Assembly: GCA_001661245.1 (NCBI GenBank)
Contig: KV454012.1
Span: 2,096,418-2,125,955 of the forward strand
DNA length: 29,538 bases
Direction of reading: 5' to 3'
Origin: Pachysolen tannophilus NRRL Y-2460
Taxonomy: Eukaryota
The notes beneath the pieces are model-generated. The model had not been told where the DNA came from and did not search any database. It saw nothing but the letters and a program-made list of their open reading frames with translations. A program made the position numbers and the translations under genes. The first letter of the stretch is position 1. Each line of letters begins with the position of its first letter. Positions 16,735 through 27,675 of this stretch are shown one piece after another.

Positions 16735-18467
16735 TTAAAATATTATTTCTAAATCATCTGAATCGTTTTCGTTATCATTATCTTTAGTTTTCTTCTTCAA
16801 TTCTTCTTTTAACAAGTTCAATTTAAGATTTGGATTTTTAACTTTCTTACTATTCAAAGTACCTGTTGGATCAAATCCAATTTTCTTGAGCGTAGTTGCT
16901 TGAAAAACTTTACTGAAAACTTTTTGGTTTTTAGACATCTCTTTTCTTTCCTCTAAAGAACTTTCTGAATCATCATTATTATTGTATGAGTTCCCATTTT
17001 TTAAATTAAGCATTTTCAATAATCTCTTTTCATTTTGTATATCAGTTAATTTTCTCTTCTTATTGCTTAAATTTTTCAAAGTTTCTGGATTTGAAAATTC
17101 ATCATTATAAAAAGCTCTTGCAGCTTGAGGATTTGAAAAATATAATTTTCCAACTTGTGCTATTCTATCGGAATATTCAACTTCAGGATCTTTACGATAC
17201 CCATTTTCATCATAATAACCATATTTCTTGGAAACAAGAGAATTCTTATTACTATTAAAACTACTTTGATTGTTAAATTCCATTCTTTTTGCTGCAGTTT
17301 TCTTCAAAGCAAATTCCAAGTGAAATTGACAATGTACCTGCTTTGATAAATCAATGGGAGCACCACATTCTTTACCATCTTTTTTAATGGCTTTACAACG
17401 GCCAAAATCTGCACATGAACCAATTTCAAGTACAGAACTATCGTCAGTTTTTAGCATCAAATTGAAACCATTCACAGGTTTTGAACTATCATAATTTCTA
17501 TTCTTCCAAGGCCAAATCAGCGGGTTTAGTACTGCTATAATATCACCAACTCTTAATTTCCAATATTTCTCGAATGCCTGTCCGAATAAAAGTAGATCAC
17601 AATTTAATGTGAAATCAGAAAGAGTTAATCTCAAATATTTTGATGATCTTTTTTTAGAAGAAAGTGAAGAATCAGAAGTTGGAGTTGGTTCTGTCTTTGC
17701 GATAATAACTGCTATTACAACCCAGTTGCTATATTCTGGATCTTTATAATCTGGAGGACTGACTTTTGCAAATAATTTATCTATTCTCATAATCTTTTTA
17801 TCATTTAACATTTTAGCTAATTGTTCTTTATGTAAATACCTTTTTGATAATTTTTTCCCCGTATATATATCTTTTTCATCAACACTTATCGATAATGTTT
17901 CAATTTCATCTCCAAACGTATATACTCTTGATTTCATAAGATTTTTTTCTTTTGATATCTTTAATTCTCGATCTTTACGTGATTTATTCATCCTATCTAC
18001 AAATGAACTAGAACTGGAACCAGAACTGGAACTAAATCCAGTTCCATGCGATACCAATTTTTGTTGTACTTGTCTTTTTAACCTATTCTCAATTTCTGTT
18101 TCTTCCAATTGTTTCTCTTCATCATTTACTTGTTGTTTTTGAGATTTAACGAAAAAACTTGGACCACTAGAATGTTCAGTCAGATGCTGTAATTTTGCCT
18201 GTTTCTTTCTCTCAATCTTCTGCAGAATTTCATCTTTTCTTCTCTGCAAGTCATTCAACTGCTTCAAAAGTTCTAAACTTATGTTAGTATCCAAGTATCT
18301 CATCAAACCAAAAAAAAAAAAGAAAAAAAAAAATTTCTTCTTTTTTTTTTCTTCTTTATCTCTTACTTACGTTCTTCTTCGTTATCCTCATTATCTGTTA
18401 AAGCAGATGCAAATTCATCGTCTGATACAATTTCTCTTGGATCCAGATCCATTTTAAAATCGTCCAT
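16735..18467 (-). CDS. MCM10: DNA replication factor Mcm10; join(18467..18371, 18272..16735), 544 aa
   Basis: LFAKVSPPDY..NWVVIAVI, OB-fold YWKLRVGDIIAVLNP, zinc finger CKAIKK..C..HCQFH; exon 1 (..DPREI..) restores a Mcm10-like N-terminus; intron GTAAGT 18370, TACTAAC 18289-18283, TAG ending 18273; the splice is in frame. Confidence 0.92.
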
Positions 18468-18613
18468 GTTGCCTGAACTCTCAAATCTAATACAACCAAA
18501 ATATCATAGACCCACTTCTCATAAACCTGTTCTACTCTACCTACTTGTATCTCAAGATTCCATAACACTTTCTTTTTTATAGTAATATAAAAATAACATT
18601 ATAGATTAAAGAG

Positions 18614-18619
18614 ACGCGT
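18614..18619. promoter_or_regulatory. MCB element (ACGCGT) upstream of MCM10
   Basis: GACGCGTGAAA about 150 nt upstream of the MCM10 ATG; fits MBF control of replication genes. Confidence 0.55.
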
Positions 18620-18831
18620 GAAAAATCTTAAAAAAATTTAAAAAATAAAAAAAAGAAAAAAATGCGTTCCAAATGCGTACGCTTTGCAATAGCATTATAA
18701 ATTGTAATGCGTACCACACCTTTATACGCTTTGTGTGGAGCACCTTTTGGTTTAGTGCGCATCGCACTTGTGCCATGCCACACTTTTTCCATTTTCCTGC
18801 TTGTTTGTAGAGAAAGTCCCGGTCTTCTGTG

Positions 18832-18841
18832 CCGGAAACGG
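18832..18841. promoter_or_regulatory. Leu3-type site CCG-N4-CGG upstream of the isopropylmalate synthase gene
   Basis: CCGGAAACGG about 285 nt upstream of ATG 19123. Confidence 0.6.
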
Positions 18842-19122
18842 GGGAAAGCAAAAGGCGGGGGAAGAGAGAAGAATGTTGGGCTGATCTCATTGTATGCTCT
18901 TGTCCTATAGTATTATAGTATGATGGAAAAAAGAAAAAAAAAAGAAGAAAATTGTGTGATGAGATTTTTCACTTTTTAATTGCTTCTTGGTATTATTGTT
19001 TAACGGTATTATTTATTATTAGGAGAAGAAGAGATTAAGAAACAGATTGCTACGGAAGTGATTAAAGTTATTTATTTATTTTTTCTTTTTTTTTTTGAAT
19101 TGAATTTGATTTGTTTTTGGGA

Positions 19123-20847
19123 ATGGGAATGTTGAAGGATCCTTCTGTTAAATATAAGAAATTTACACCGATTGATTTACCAAATCGAGAGTGGCCATCA
19201 AAGACTTTGGATAAACCTCCAAGATGGTTGTCCACAGATTTAAGAGATGGTAACCAGTCATTACCAGATCCTATGTCTATTGCTGAGAAAAAGGAGTATT
19301 TCCATAAGTTGGTTGAGGTGGGGTTTAAAGAAATTGAAGTTTCATTTCCATCAGCTTCTCAAATTGATTATGATTTTACTAGATGGGTTGTGGAAAATGC
19401 TCCAAGCGATGTTTCTGTACAAGTTTTATCACCTTGTAGAGCTGAATTGATTCAAAGGACTGTTGAATCAGTTAAAGGAGCAAAAAAAGCTACTATTCAT
19501 ATATATTTGGCTACTTCTGATTGTTTTAGAAATACTATATTTGGAGCTACTAAAGAAGAAAGTATTGAATTAGCTAAAAAATCCACTGCATTGGTTAGGA
19601 AATTGACTAAAGATGATCCAACAGCTTCTACAACATGTTGGGATTTTGAATTTTCACCAGAAGCTTTTAGTGATACTGATCCTGATTATGCTATTAAAAT
19701 ATGTGAAGCTGTTAAAAAAGAATGGGAACCTACTGTTGAAAAACCAATAATTTTTAATTTACCTGCAACAGTGGAAATGTCAACACCAAACGTTTATGCT
19801 GATCAAATTGAATATTTTTCTAAAAATATTTCTCAAAGAGATACAGTGTGTATTTCTTTACATCCTCATAATGATAGAGGTTGTGCTGTTGCTGCTGCTG
19901 AATTGGCTCAATTAGGAGGTGCTGATAGAGTAGAAGGTTGTTTATTTGGAAATGGTGAAAGAACTGGTAACGTTGATTTAGTCACTTTGGCCCTTAATCT
20001 TTATACTCAAGGAATACATCCAAATTTGGATTTTTCTGACATTACTTCAATTGTGGATATTGTGGAAAGATGTAATAAGATACCTGTTCATCCAAGAGCA
20101 CCTTATGGTGGTCAATTGGTTGTTTGTGCCTTTAGTGGTTCTCATCAAGATGCTATTAAAAAAGGTTTTAATTTACATCAAAAGAAATTAAAATTGGAAA
20201 AGGAACCGAAATGGATCATTCCCTATTTACCAATTGATCCAGCAGATATTGGAAGAACTTATGAGGCCATTATTAGAGTAAACTCTCAATCAGGTAAAGG
20301 TGGCCCTGCATGGATCATCTTGAGACAATTAGAATTGGATTTGCCTAGAGGCTTGCAGATATCCTTTAGTAAGATTATTCAAGCTGAAACTGAAGTCAAA
20401 GGTAGAGAATTGAAAACTGAAGAGATAATAGAATTGTTTAGAAAAGAATATTTCTTGGATGAATCTGATGATTATCATACTTTTAAGTTAATAGATTATA
20501 GTATTTCAAATTCTTCTAAAGGTGTTAGAACTATTGATATCTCCATTTCTGTTAATGGAAAAAATTTTGAACTTAAAGGTAGTGGTAACGGACCGATATC
20601 TGCATTTGCTGATGCTGTTTCTGAAAACTTTGATTTTAAACTTAATGTCATAAATTACCATGAGCATTCTTTAGGTTTAAATTCGAGTGCCAAAGCTGCA
20701 ACTTATATTGAATGTAATCTAACTACAGGTAAAAAGGAATCCACAAGATGGGGTGTTGGTATACATGAAGATGTAACTCAAGCTTCTTTCTTATCATTAA
20801 TCTCTATTTTGAATGGTGGTTTAAGGGAAGGTCTCATTACCATCTAA
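19123..20847 (+). CDS. LEU4: 2-isopropylmalate synthase (LEU4/LEU9 family), no mitochondrial presequence
   Basis: WLSTDLRDGNQSLPDPMS, FNLPATVE, HPHNDRG, GCLFGNGERTGNVDL, AFSGSHQDAIKKG, RVNSQSGKGG, GNGPISA; ATG at 19123 or 19129. Confidence 0.93.
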   Translation: MGMLKDPSVKYKKFTPIDLPNREWPSKTLDKPPRWLSTDLRDGNQSLPDPMSIAEKKEYFHKLVEVGFKEIEVSFPSASQIDYDFTRWVVENAPSDVSVQVLSPCRAELIQRTVESVKGAKKATIHIYLATSDCFRNTIFGATKEESIELAKKSTALVRKLTKDDPTASTTCWDFEFSPEAFSDTDPDYAIKICEAVKKEWEPTVEKPIIFNLPATVEMSTPNVYADQIEYFSKNISQRDTVCISLHPHNDRGCAVAAAELAQLGGADRVEGCLFGNGERTGNVDLVTLALNLYTQGIHPNLDFSDITSIVDIVERCNKIPVHPRAPYGGQLVVCAFSGSHQDAIKKGFNLHQKKLKLEKEPKWIIPYLPIDPADIGRTYEAIIRVNSQSGKGGPAWIILRQLELDLPRGLQISFSKIIQAETEVKGRELKTEEIIELFRKEYFLDESDDYHTFKLIDYSISNSSKGVRTIDISISVNGKNFELKGSGNGPISAFADAVSENFDFKLNVINYHEHSLGLNSSAKAATYIECNLTTGKKESTRWGVGIHEDVTQASFLSLISILNGGLREGLITI

Positions 20848-21030
20848 TTTGTACCAAAAAAAAAAAAAAATTAAAAACCCTTTTTTTATTTATTTTAAAG
20901 AAAAAAATATTTTTTATATCAATGTTTTCTTTTCTTCTTATTTTATACGGATAAAATTAACAAAAATTAAACAAAATATAGAAAATTAAAACCCACAATT
21001 TTTGAAAAAAAATTCTAAAAATTTTTACAC

Positions 21031-21529
21031 TTATTTGAAAAAATCATCTTCACTCTCATCGTCACTCTCTCCAGCAAGTTGCCTTCTATCAAACACTATT
21101 TTCGTATCCATCTTACTTTGTTGGTCTCTTGATAAATTATCCAATAAGCTAACAAGTTCATCTTCGCCCATTTTTCTTCTCAACTGTCCCATTCTCACCA
21201 ATTTTGTTAAATATTCTTCAACCACTTGAGCTCTCTCAGGTCTAACCAACTTTACTCTGGATAATCTTTCTCTTGCCTCAGGTTCAAGAATCTGAGATAG
21301 TATTGATGATCTTTGCTCTTCAGCTCTATTTTCAACCCCAAAAAAAAAAATAAAAATTCAGTTAGTTTTCAAAATTCTCGAATGATCTAATATTATATAT
21401 ATATATATATATATATTCATTTACTTACACATTTTCCTTTGAGTTACCTGAGCCTGAAGATTGTCCTGAGTTTTTTTGAAGCTCAGATAACCTAGCAGCT
21501 CTAATAGCATTTAATTCAGCATCATCCAT
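21031..21529 (-). CDS. SDD2: PDCD5/TFAR19-family protein; join(21529..21429, 21325..21031), 131 aa
   Basis: Exon 1 MDDAELNAIRAARLSELQ; exon 2 ILSQILEPEARERLSRVKLVRPERA..DDFFK; intron GTAAGT 21428, AACTAAC 21367-21361, TAG ending 21326; the splice is in frame. Confidence 0.93.
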
Positions 21530-22104
21530 CTTTTTCCAAATATACCGCTTGTAATAATATAGTTATCAGTATAGAGTTGTCTACTGTAAAGTAACTAAGT
21601 CAATCATCATTACCTTCTCATTAAACCAATTTTTTGAAGAATTTCATACACTACCAAAGTTTTCCTTAATAAAAGTTTAAATACTCTATTGATCATCAAA
21701 TAAATATATGAACTAAGTATATAGATATATATAGGTATATATATATATATATGTATATAAAAGTATGTAATTTCCGTATGCTTGTATCTGAAATATAAAA
21801 AGTGAAAAAAGTTGAAAAAAAAAGTAAGAGAACTAAAATACAAAGTAGAAGAACGACTACAAAACCTTCATTATAGTATCTAAAATATCCATTTCCTTAT
21901 AACCATCATAAAAAATATACAACATCAAGAACTAAGATTAGGGGGTGAAAAAGAAAGCGAGGAGTATACTCTTTTCTTATTATTCCATAACCTTAGCTGT
22001 TGTTGTTGTTGTTGTTGTGCGTTTTTTTTTTTTTTCAATTAAAGAAACCGAGACGTTAAAGCATAAAACCATTAATAACATATGTGGATATTATGAATTT
22101 TACA

Positions 22105-22611
22105 TTATTTAACCTGTGGAGCCGGTGACCCAACTTTTGTCCCAGTCAACGGATTAATAATTTCCAAAGCTTTCTTTGTCCTTGGAGTATTAATCCTTGG
22201 TGATGATGGAGCATTAACTTGTTGGACGGGGGTAGCTTTTTTAAAACTTGGTGACAAGGGCACGTTCCCACCTGAAGCCAAACTTTGATTCGGGGAGATG
22301 GGAGAAAATGTAGAGGATGTGTACGGATTGAATTTATGCAGTTGTTGCAGTTGTTGTTGTTGATGATGTTGATGTTGTTGATGTTGATAATCATGAATCT
22401 CGGGACAAAATTCTAAATCATCCTCTATATCAAAACCTTTTGAATGAATAAACCTTTGTCTTGCATTCAAAATCGAATTTGAATTGTTGAAACCAGATTG
22501 ACTTGAAAATAATTGACTCTGGAAAGAAGATGGTGATAATCTCTTATTTAGCGAAGTATAGTTGGTTAAAGGTGAATTAAATATATAATTTGATGTTGAT
22601 GATGTGGCCGT
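22105..22611 (-). CDS. Uncharacterised Ser/Pro/Gln-rich protein with an FDIEDDLEFCP motif; probable ACG (non-AUG) start, 168 aa
   Basis: Open frame from 22641 to 22105 with no Met; in-frame TAA at 22644-22642; ACG at 22611 in the context TCAAAT-ACG-GCC. Coding status is likely; the start codon is inferred. Confidence 0.7.
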   Translation of the reverse strand, partial: TATSSTSNYIFNSPLTNYTSLNKRLSPSSFQSQLFSSQSGFNNSNSILNARQRFIHSKGFDIEDDLEFCPEIHDYQHQQHQHHQQQQLQQLHKFNPYTSSTFSPISPNQSLASGGNVPLSPSFKKATPVQQVNAPSSPRINTPRTKKALEIINPLTGTKVGSPAPQVK

Positions 22612-23601
22612 ATTTGACCCAGATGTTTTAATTTTCAATATTTAATTAAGCTTTTATTTATAATTTGTATTATTATTATCGATCAAATTTACAAAAAAAA
22701 AAAAAAAAAAAAAAAAGTGATGAATTATAATAATTATACAACATCAAATTATCCTGATTTTAGCAGTGATACCACTCACAATAACGGGAATGGGAATCAG
22801 TCGGCTGTCACATTGAATGGGAAAGAAAAAAATAATTAATTAATTGATTGATTAATCCAAACAAATTAAAAAAACTTCCTCTTTCTTTGATTTTATTGAC
22901 TTCTTCTTTCTATTACTCTCGTTTTTTTAAATATATATATATATATTAATTATATATATATCATATAGTAAAGTAACATAAATACCCAAAAATACCTACT
23001 TTTACCACCACCCACCCACCACCTTTTTACTTACCTCACCTATTACTTACTACTGGTCATCGCTGATAAGTAAAATTCCACTTAAGTAAATGTGTGCTCA
23101 TAACCAAAAGGCTGAATCGGGAAGTTACCCGGAACTTGGGTTTCAGAAGTAATTAAAGAAAGAAAAAAAAAGAACAGAATAAAAAAAGGTAGTGTACTTG
23201 TTTCTTGACTTTTTTTTTGTTTTTTTGCTTTTCTTTACTTTTACTAAGAAAAGAAGAAAAAAGAGATTGTGTTTAAAATGTATGTATGTATGTAAGAAGA
23301 CTTTTATTTTAACTTGCAGAATCATGCATATCTTTCTTTTCAGTTATGATATATCACAATTTAAATACTTTCAAATTGGTTCAATCTATCATGGTATCGC
23401 TTGTTGCTTTGCTAAAGATAGAATTAAAAATAGCATTGAATGTTTTAAATAGTTTTTTTTTTATTCCCCCCCCCCCTTTTTTTGTTTTTCAGAAATCATA
23501 TTAAAGCGAGTAGATTCTTGGGTTTTATTTTTTTTTTGCTTTCTCTCTCTTCTTCACTTTATTTCCTATTGTGCTTATAATATCTTACCTGTATTACAAA
23601 G

Positions 23602-24237
23602 ATGACAGTTAATCGTAATGAAATCGCTAGTAGTGATTATTCACTTAAGAAATTAGTAAGATCCACTAGTCTCAATTATCAAAAGACAAAGAATTTGAAG
23701 ACTGGAAATTGGTATTGCTTTTTTCTTCATACGAATAAAGACTTCATCAAATCGATTGTATTACCGCAAGATACTACTAATGCTCATAATTTTTTGAAGA
23801 AAGCCTCTTTGATCAGATTGTATTTAACTGAGAAAGAAATCGCTATGTTCAAAGAAAAATCCGAAATAAGGGAAACGGAAGAATCTGACTCTATGATTTT
23901 AGATAATCACAATTTAGAAAATTGTGATTTAAAAAATTGTGATCAAGAAGTTGAAAGAAATAAAATTCTCAACATCCCACATCAGTCAGTAGTCAAAATC
24001 GCTGTGAAAATTAATAACAAGAATATTTTAAGGCATGACAAAAACAATTTAGAGGTTTCTGCTGTAGAGTCATCAGAATCGTCTGCCTCTTTTTCTTCTT
24101 CTACTTCTTCTTCACATACGATTACTTCTTCCGTAGAAACTTCTACTTTTTCGTCTACTACTGTTGTTGATATTGATTCACAACGAGGAAATGAGAATGT
24201 AGTTATTGAGATGAAATTCAATTTGGTCCATGCTTAA
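23602..24237 (+). CDS. Hypothetical orphan protein (211 aa, Ser/Thr-rich C-terminal region)
   Basis: ATG in good context (ACAAAG-ATG-A); 636-nt frame of higher complexity than its homopolymer-rich flanks; no family recognised. Confidence 0.6.
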   Translation: MTVNRNEIASSDYSLKKLVRSTSLNYQKTKNLKTGNWYCFFLHTNKDFIKSIVLPQDTTNAHNFLKKASLIRLYLTEKEIAMFKEKSEIRETEESDSMILDNHNLENCDLKNCDQEVERNKILNIPHQSVVKIAVKINNKNILRHDKNNLEVSAVESSESSASFSSSTSSSHTITSSVETSTFSSTTVVDIDSQRGNENVVIEMKFNLVHA

Positions 24238-25214
24238 GAAGAAAAATATGGGTTTATATTTTCAAATGTGCAAGGGTTTTCAATAGTATACGTTTTTTTT
24301 TATTATTTTTTTAAATATCTTTTTATGATTACTGTTATAACTATCATTTTTTTTGCTTTTTATGAAATTAAGGTGTTTTTTTGGATGTTGCTTGCCTTAA
24401 TGATTACGCTGAGAGTGAGAGAGAAAGTGATAATTTAATTATAATTTTGACAATAAGCTAGTTTCACTATATATATATATATAGTTTCTAATTTTTTCTT
24501 TTTATTAATGTTGTAAGTTTTCTATATTCAATTCATTAGTTTTTTTTTTTACAAGCATTTTTGTTATTTTTCATTTGTTTTCATTGGACCAACAAAAATA
24601 ACCCAAGTTCGCGTTCAATTATAAAGTGAGATGATACATTCATATATATCATTTATTTGCAGTTTGATAATTATTATAATAACCATCATCCGAAAAAAAT
24701 TTCGGAATGATTTAGGGGTAACAATATCAAGACAAAAAGAAAAATAAAGTACACATGAGGTTTTCTACTTTTTTTGTTTTGCGTTTATTTTCAAATAATT
24801 ATTAGATCTTCAATTTATCATAGACGAAGTATTATTCCCATTTTGAACAATAAGGGAATTCATGTTTCAAACATTGAATCTACCTAAGGGTTTAATAATC
24901 TCTAGAAAACAGTAATAATTTTTTTTTCTTTTTTTCTTTTTGAAAATCTGATAAATAAAATAAAGCGTAAAAAGTAAGTAAAAAAGCTATAAAACCAAAT
25001 AAAACTGAAAAGATAAGATAAAATAAAATAAAGAATAAAGAAAATTATCTTGATGAAATATATAACCGATGAAAGGGAATGTTAAATAAAAAAAAATAAA
25101 ATTAAAAAAAAAAAAACAAAAAGCAATGACAAGCTGAGCAGAAAAAAAAACATTGAAGAGCAAAGGAAAAATAAAATCCTTCTTTTTTTTTTTTCTTTTT
25201 TAATATGACAATTA

Positions 25215-26645
25215 CTATAAGCCTAACTGGTTAACAGGTGGTAATTTAGTATTATTTTTCAAAATCGCTTTATCTTGAGTTACATCTCTACTATTTTCTT
25301 TTTTATCAACAAAATTCTCATCTCTTTTTTCATTACTTAACAAATTATCTATTGTTGGTTTGACTGATATCTTGTGCCTAAAATCATCATTACTGCCATA
25401 ATTATTATTATTATTAATATTATTAATATTATTAACTGATTCATTCCTATTAAAAGTTTTAAACTTTATTGTAGGTAATTTTTTATAATTTGAAGCAGAA
25501 GATAATGGGGACGATAAAGATCTGTTATATGAATCCAAAAAAGTAGGTTTTATTCCAGGAGAAAATGTCAGTGAGTATGGACTTAAGTGAAAAGAACCAT
25601 TAATTGGAGTTAATAGTTGCTGATGCTGCTGTTGATATGAATGATACGAGCCATTGGATCTGAAGCTGCTAACGTTGTTATTGATGTTGTTCATGTTGAA
25701 AGAGTAAGGACTTAATGGTGATTGTAGACTTCTTCCACTTGAAGGACTGTATAAATCGAAATTTGAACTATTCAGGGTATTTAAAGAAGTAGTAAAACTA
25801 CTTGCATTACTACTATTAGTAACACTTGTAGTGGAACTATGATGAGAAGTTGGTACTTCTATTGGTCTTGGTCTTTTTTTATTTTGGTTTGGTCTAAATT
25901 GTTGTAAAGGTTTTAATAATTTTGATGAGGATGAACTTCTTGGAGGAGGTTGTGAAGAGTCACAAAGTTGTTCAATTAAAACTTTATGTCCCGATTGAGG
26001 TGAAGTAGAATTTGGTGGTGATATTAAAATATTCAAGTTACTACTAGTAGTATTATTAGTAGTATTAGTAGTATTGGTATTGGTAGCTTTTGTGGCAATG
26101 ATATTGGAATTAAGGTCGAAATTATTTGATATTGGCGTTATTGGATTAGAATGAATTTTTAATGGTGGTAATTGAGTAGATTGTAAGTTTGAATTTATTG
26201 GTGAATGATTTATATTATTTTTCAATCTATGAAGATCTATTATTGGGTTTGATGAAATATTTTCTATGCCATTATTATTATTAATATTATTAATATTATT
26301 ATTATTATTATCACTTTCATCATCTGCTTCACCATTAGAATCACTTAAATTCTTACGAACATCTTTTAAATCTTCATGTCTAACCCTTACATTTAATTTT
26401 TCATTTGGGTATGATAATACAAAATTTTCATATGCATGAACAGTTTGTTTATGTTGTCTTAAATTATCCAATCTTGAAAAATTTTTTTGACAAAGTTGAC
26501 ATTTAAATGGTTTTTCACCAGTATGAGATCTTATATGACGTGCCAAATGTTCAGATCTTGTAAATGACATTGAACATGGTGGGAAATCCGAACATTGAAA
26601 CGATCTCCCTTTTGATTTCCTCTTAGCGGGAGAACTCCTAGACAT
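25215..26645 (-). CDS. USV1: C2H2 zinc-finger transcription factor, Usv1/Rgm1/Bcr1 family
   Basis: [55 protein letters not shown] followed by an Asn/Ser-rich tail; first ATG at 26645; exact orthology uncertain. Confidence 0.8.
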   Translation of the reverse strand: MSRSSPAKRKSKGRSFQCSDFPPCSMSFTRSEHLARHIRSHTGEKPFKCQLCQKNFSRLDNLRQHKQTVHAYENFVLSYPNEKLNVRVRHEDLKDVRKNLSDSNGEADDESDNNNNNINNINNNNGIENISSNPIIDLHRLKNNINHSPINSNLQSTQLPPLKIHSNPITPISNNFDLNSNIIATKATNTNTTNTTNNTTSSNLNILISPPNSTSPQSGHKVLIEQLCDSSQPPPRSSSSSKLLKPLQQFRPNQNKKRPRPIEVPTSHHSSTTSVTNSSNASSFTTSLNTLNSSNFDLYSPSSGRSLQSPLSPYSFNMNNINNNVSSFRSNGSYHSYQQQHQQLLTPINGSFHLSPYSLTFSPGIKPTFLDSYNRSLSSPLSSASNYKKLPTIKFKTFNRNESVNNINNINNNNNYGSNDDFRHKISVKPTIDNLLSNEKRDENFVDKKENSRDVTQDKAILKNNTKLPPVNQLGL

Positions 26646-26704
26646 AACGTTAACGATTGTGATCAATTAATTTTATCAATTTAAAATGAATAATAATAAT
26701 AATA

Positions 26705-26744
26705 ATAATAATAGTAATATTATTATTATTATTACTATTATTAT
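26705..26744. repeat. 15-bp inverted repeat built from (AAT)n/(ATT)n upstream of the zinc-finger gene
   Basis: ATAATAATAGTAATA (26705-26719) and TATTACTATTATTAT (26730-26744). Confidence 0.8.
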
Positions 26745-26789
26745 CAATTGAATAAAAATTCCAAGTTTATTTTTTTTTTAACTCAAATA

Positions 26790-26801
26790 AGGGGAGAGGG
26801 G
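26790..26801. promoter_or_regulatory. Two STRE-like AGGGG sites
   Basis: AGGGG at 26790 and 26797 in an otherwise very AT-rich stretch. Confidence 0.35.
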
Positions 26802-27628
26802 CTTTAAATTAAATTATGGGCTAAAGCTAAGAAACAGAACCGGCAGCGGGAAACGTTAATGCAAACGAATTTTCTCTTTAAAAATAGTAAATAGTAAATA
26901 ACCCGTATCAAATTTGAATTGAGTAAAATAAATTGTAATTATTCCTTTTCTTTAAAAAGAAGAAGAAAGAAAAAAAAAATGAAAGAATTTTAAGAGACTT
27001 TTAATTTAAGTCACTATATTTGATGTTGATATGTTGATGAAATTAATTCCAAAAAAATTAAATTGACTAGATTTATATATATCCAAACAAATCTGTGAAA
27101 AAGTAAAAGTCAAAAAAAAAAAGTAAAAAAAAAGCGCCGAAACAAAGGTTAATTCTTTCGTGCCAGTCAATCAATACAACATATATATACACGCAACCAA
27201 TTTTTAGTTTAATTGAAAAAAATCTAATGGATACACTTTTCTTTTGAAATTTGTTTTTTTTTTTCTTTCTTTCCCCTAAAATCACTTAGATTTTTTTGAA
27301 ATGGAAGAAAAGACAAGTATATATAATAATAACTTTTCTGTTTATCAGCATTTAAACCTTTTTTTTTTTTTCTTTCTTTTCTTTCTTTTTTAAACTTTTC
27401 TTCCAACAACACGCTCTAGATTTGACGGTGGTTTAGTTAAACTTTCCACAAGGTATGTTTATGTATGTGTGTGCCCTTGCATCAGGGCAATTTTTCAAAC
27501 CGGTCATTTAAAATTTTCAAAAGTCTTAAAAATAGTTAATAATATTTAAGTTGTTTCATCCTAAGATAAGTTATAGAGATATAGATAGAGTTGGGCGAGA
27601 TCTTCCGTTCAATTAGATTACTTTTTAC

Positions 27629-27675
27629 TTTTAGTATTTTTAGTATTTGGGTACTAAGTACTAAAAATACTAAAA
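27629..27675. repeat. 17-bp perfect inverted repeat (22-bp hairpin if G-U pairs are allowed)
   Basis: TTTTAGTATTTTTAGTA-tttgggtactaag-TACTAAAAATACTAAAA. Confidence 0.9.

Noticed and set aside
18606..18910. Overlapping ORFs in the MCM10/LEU4 promoter
   Set aside because: Explained by locally higher GC promoter sequence; no family features
21566..21610. ATGATGA...CTGA on the - strand upstream of SDD2
   Set aside because: Only about 45 nt, too short for a C/D snoRNA, with no recognisable rRNA guide
22717..22757. GTGATGA...CTGA on the + strand
   Set aside because: 41 nt, with no guide complementarity recognised
23029..23060. ATGACCAGTA|GTAAGT on the - strand as a first exon for the AUG-less ORF
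   Set aside because: No CTAAC branch point downstream, and the nearest acceptors inside the ORF are in the wrong phase; the second donor follows an in-frame stop
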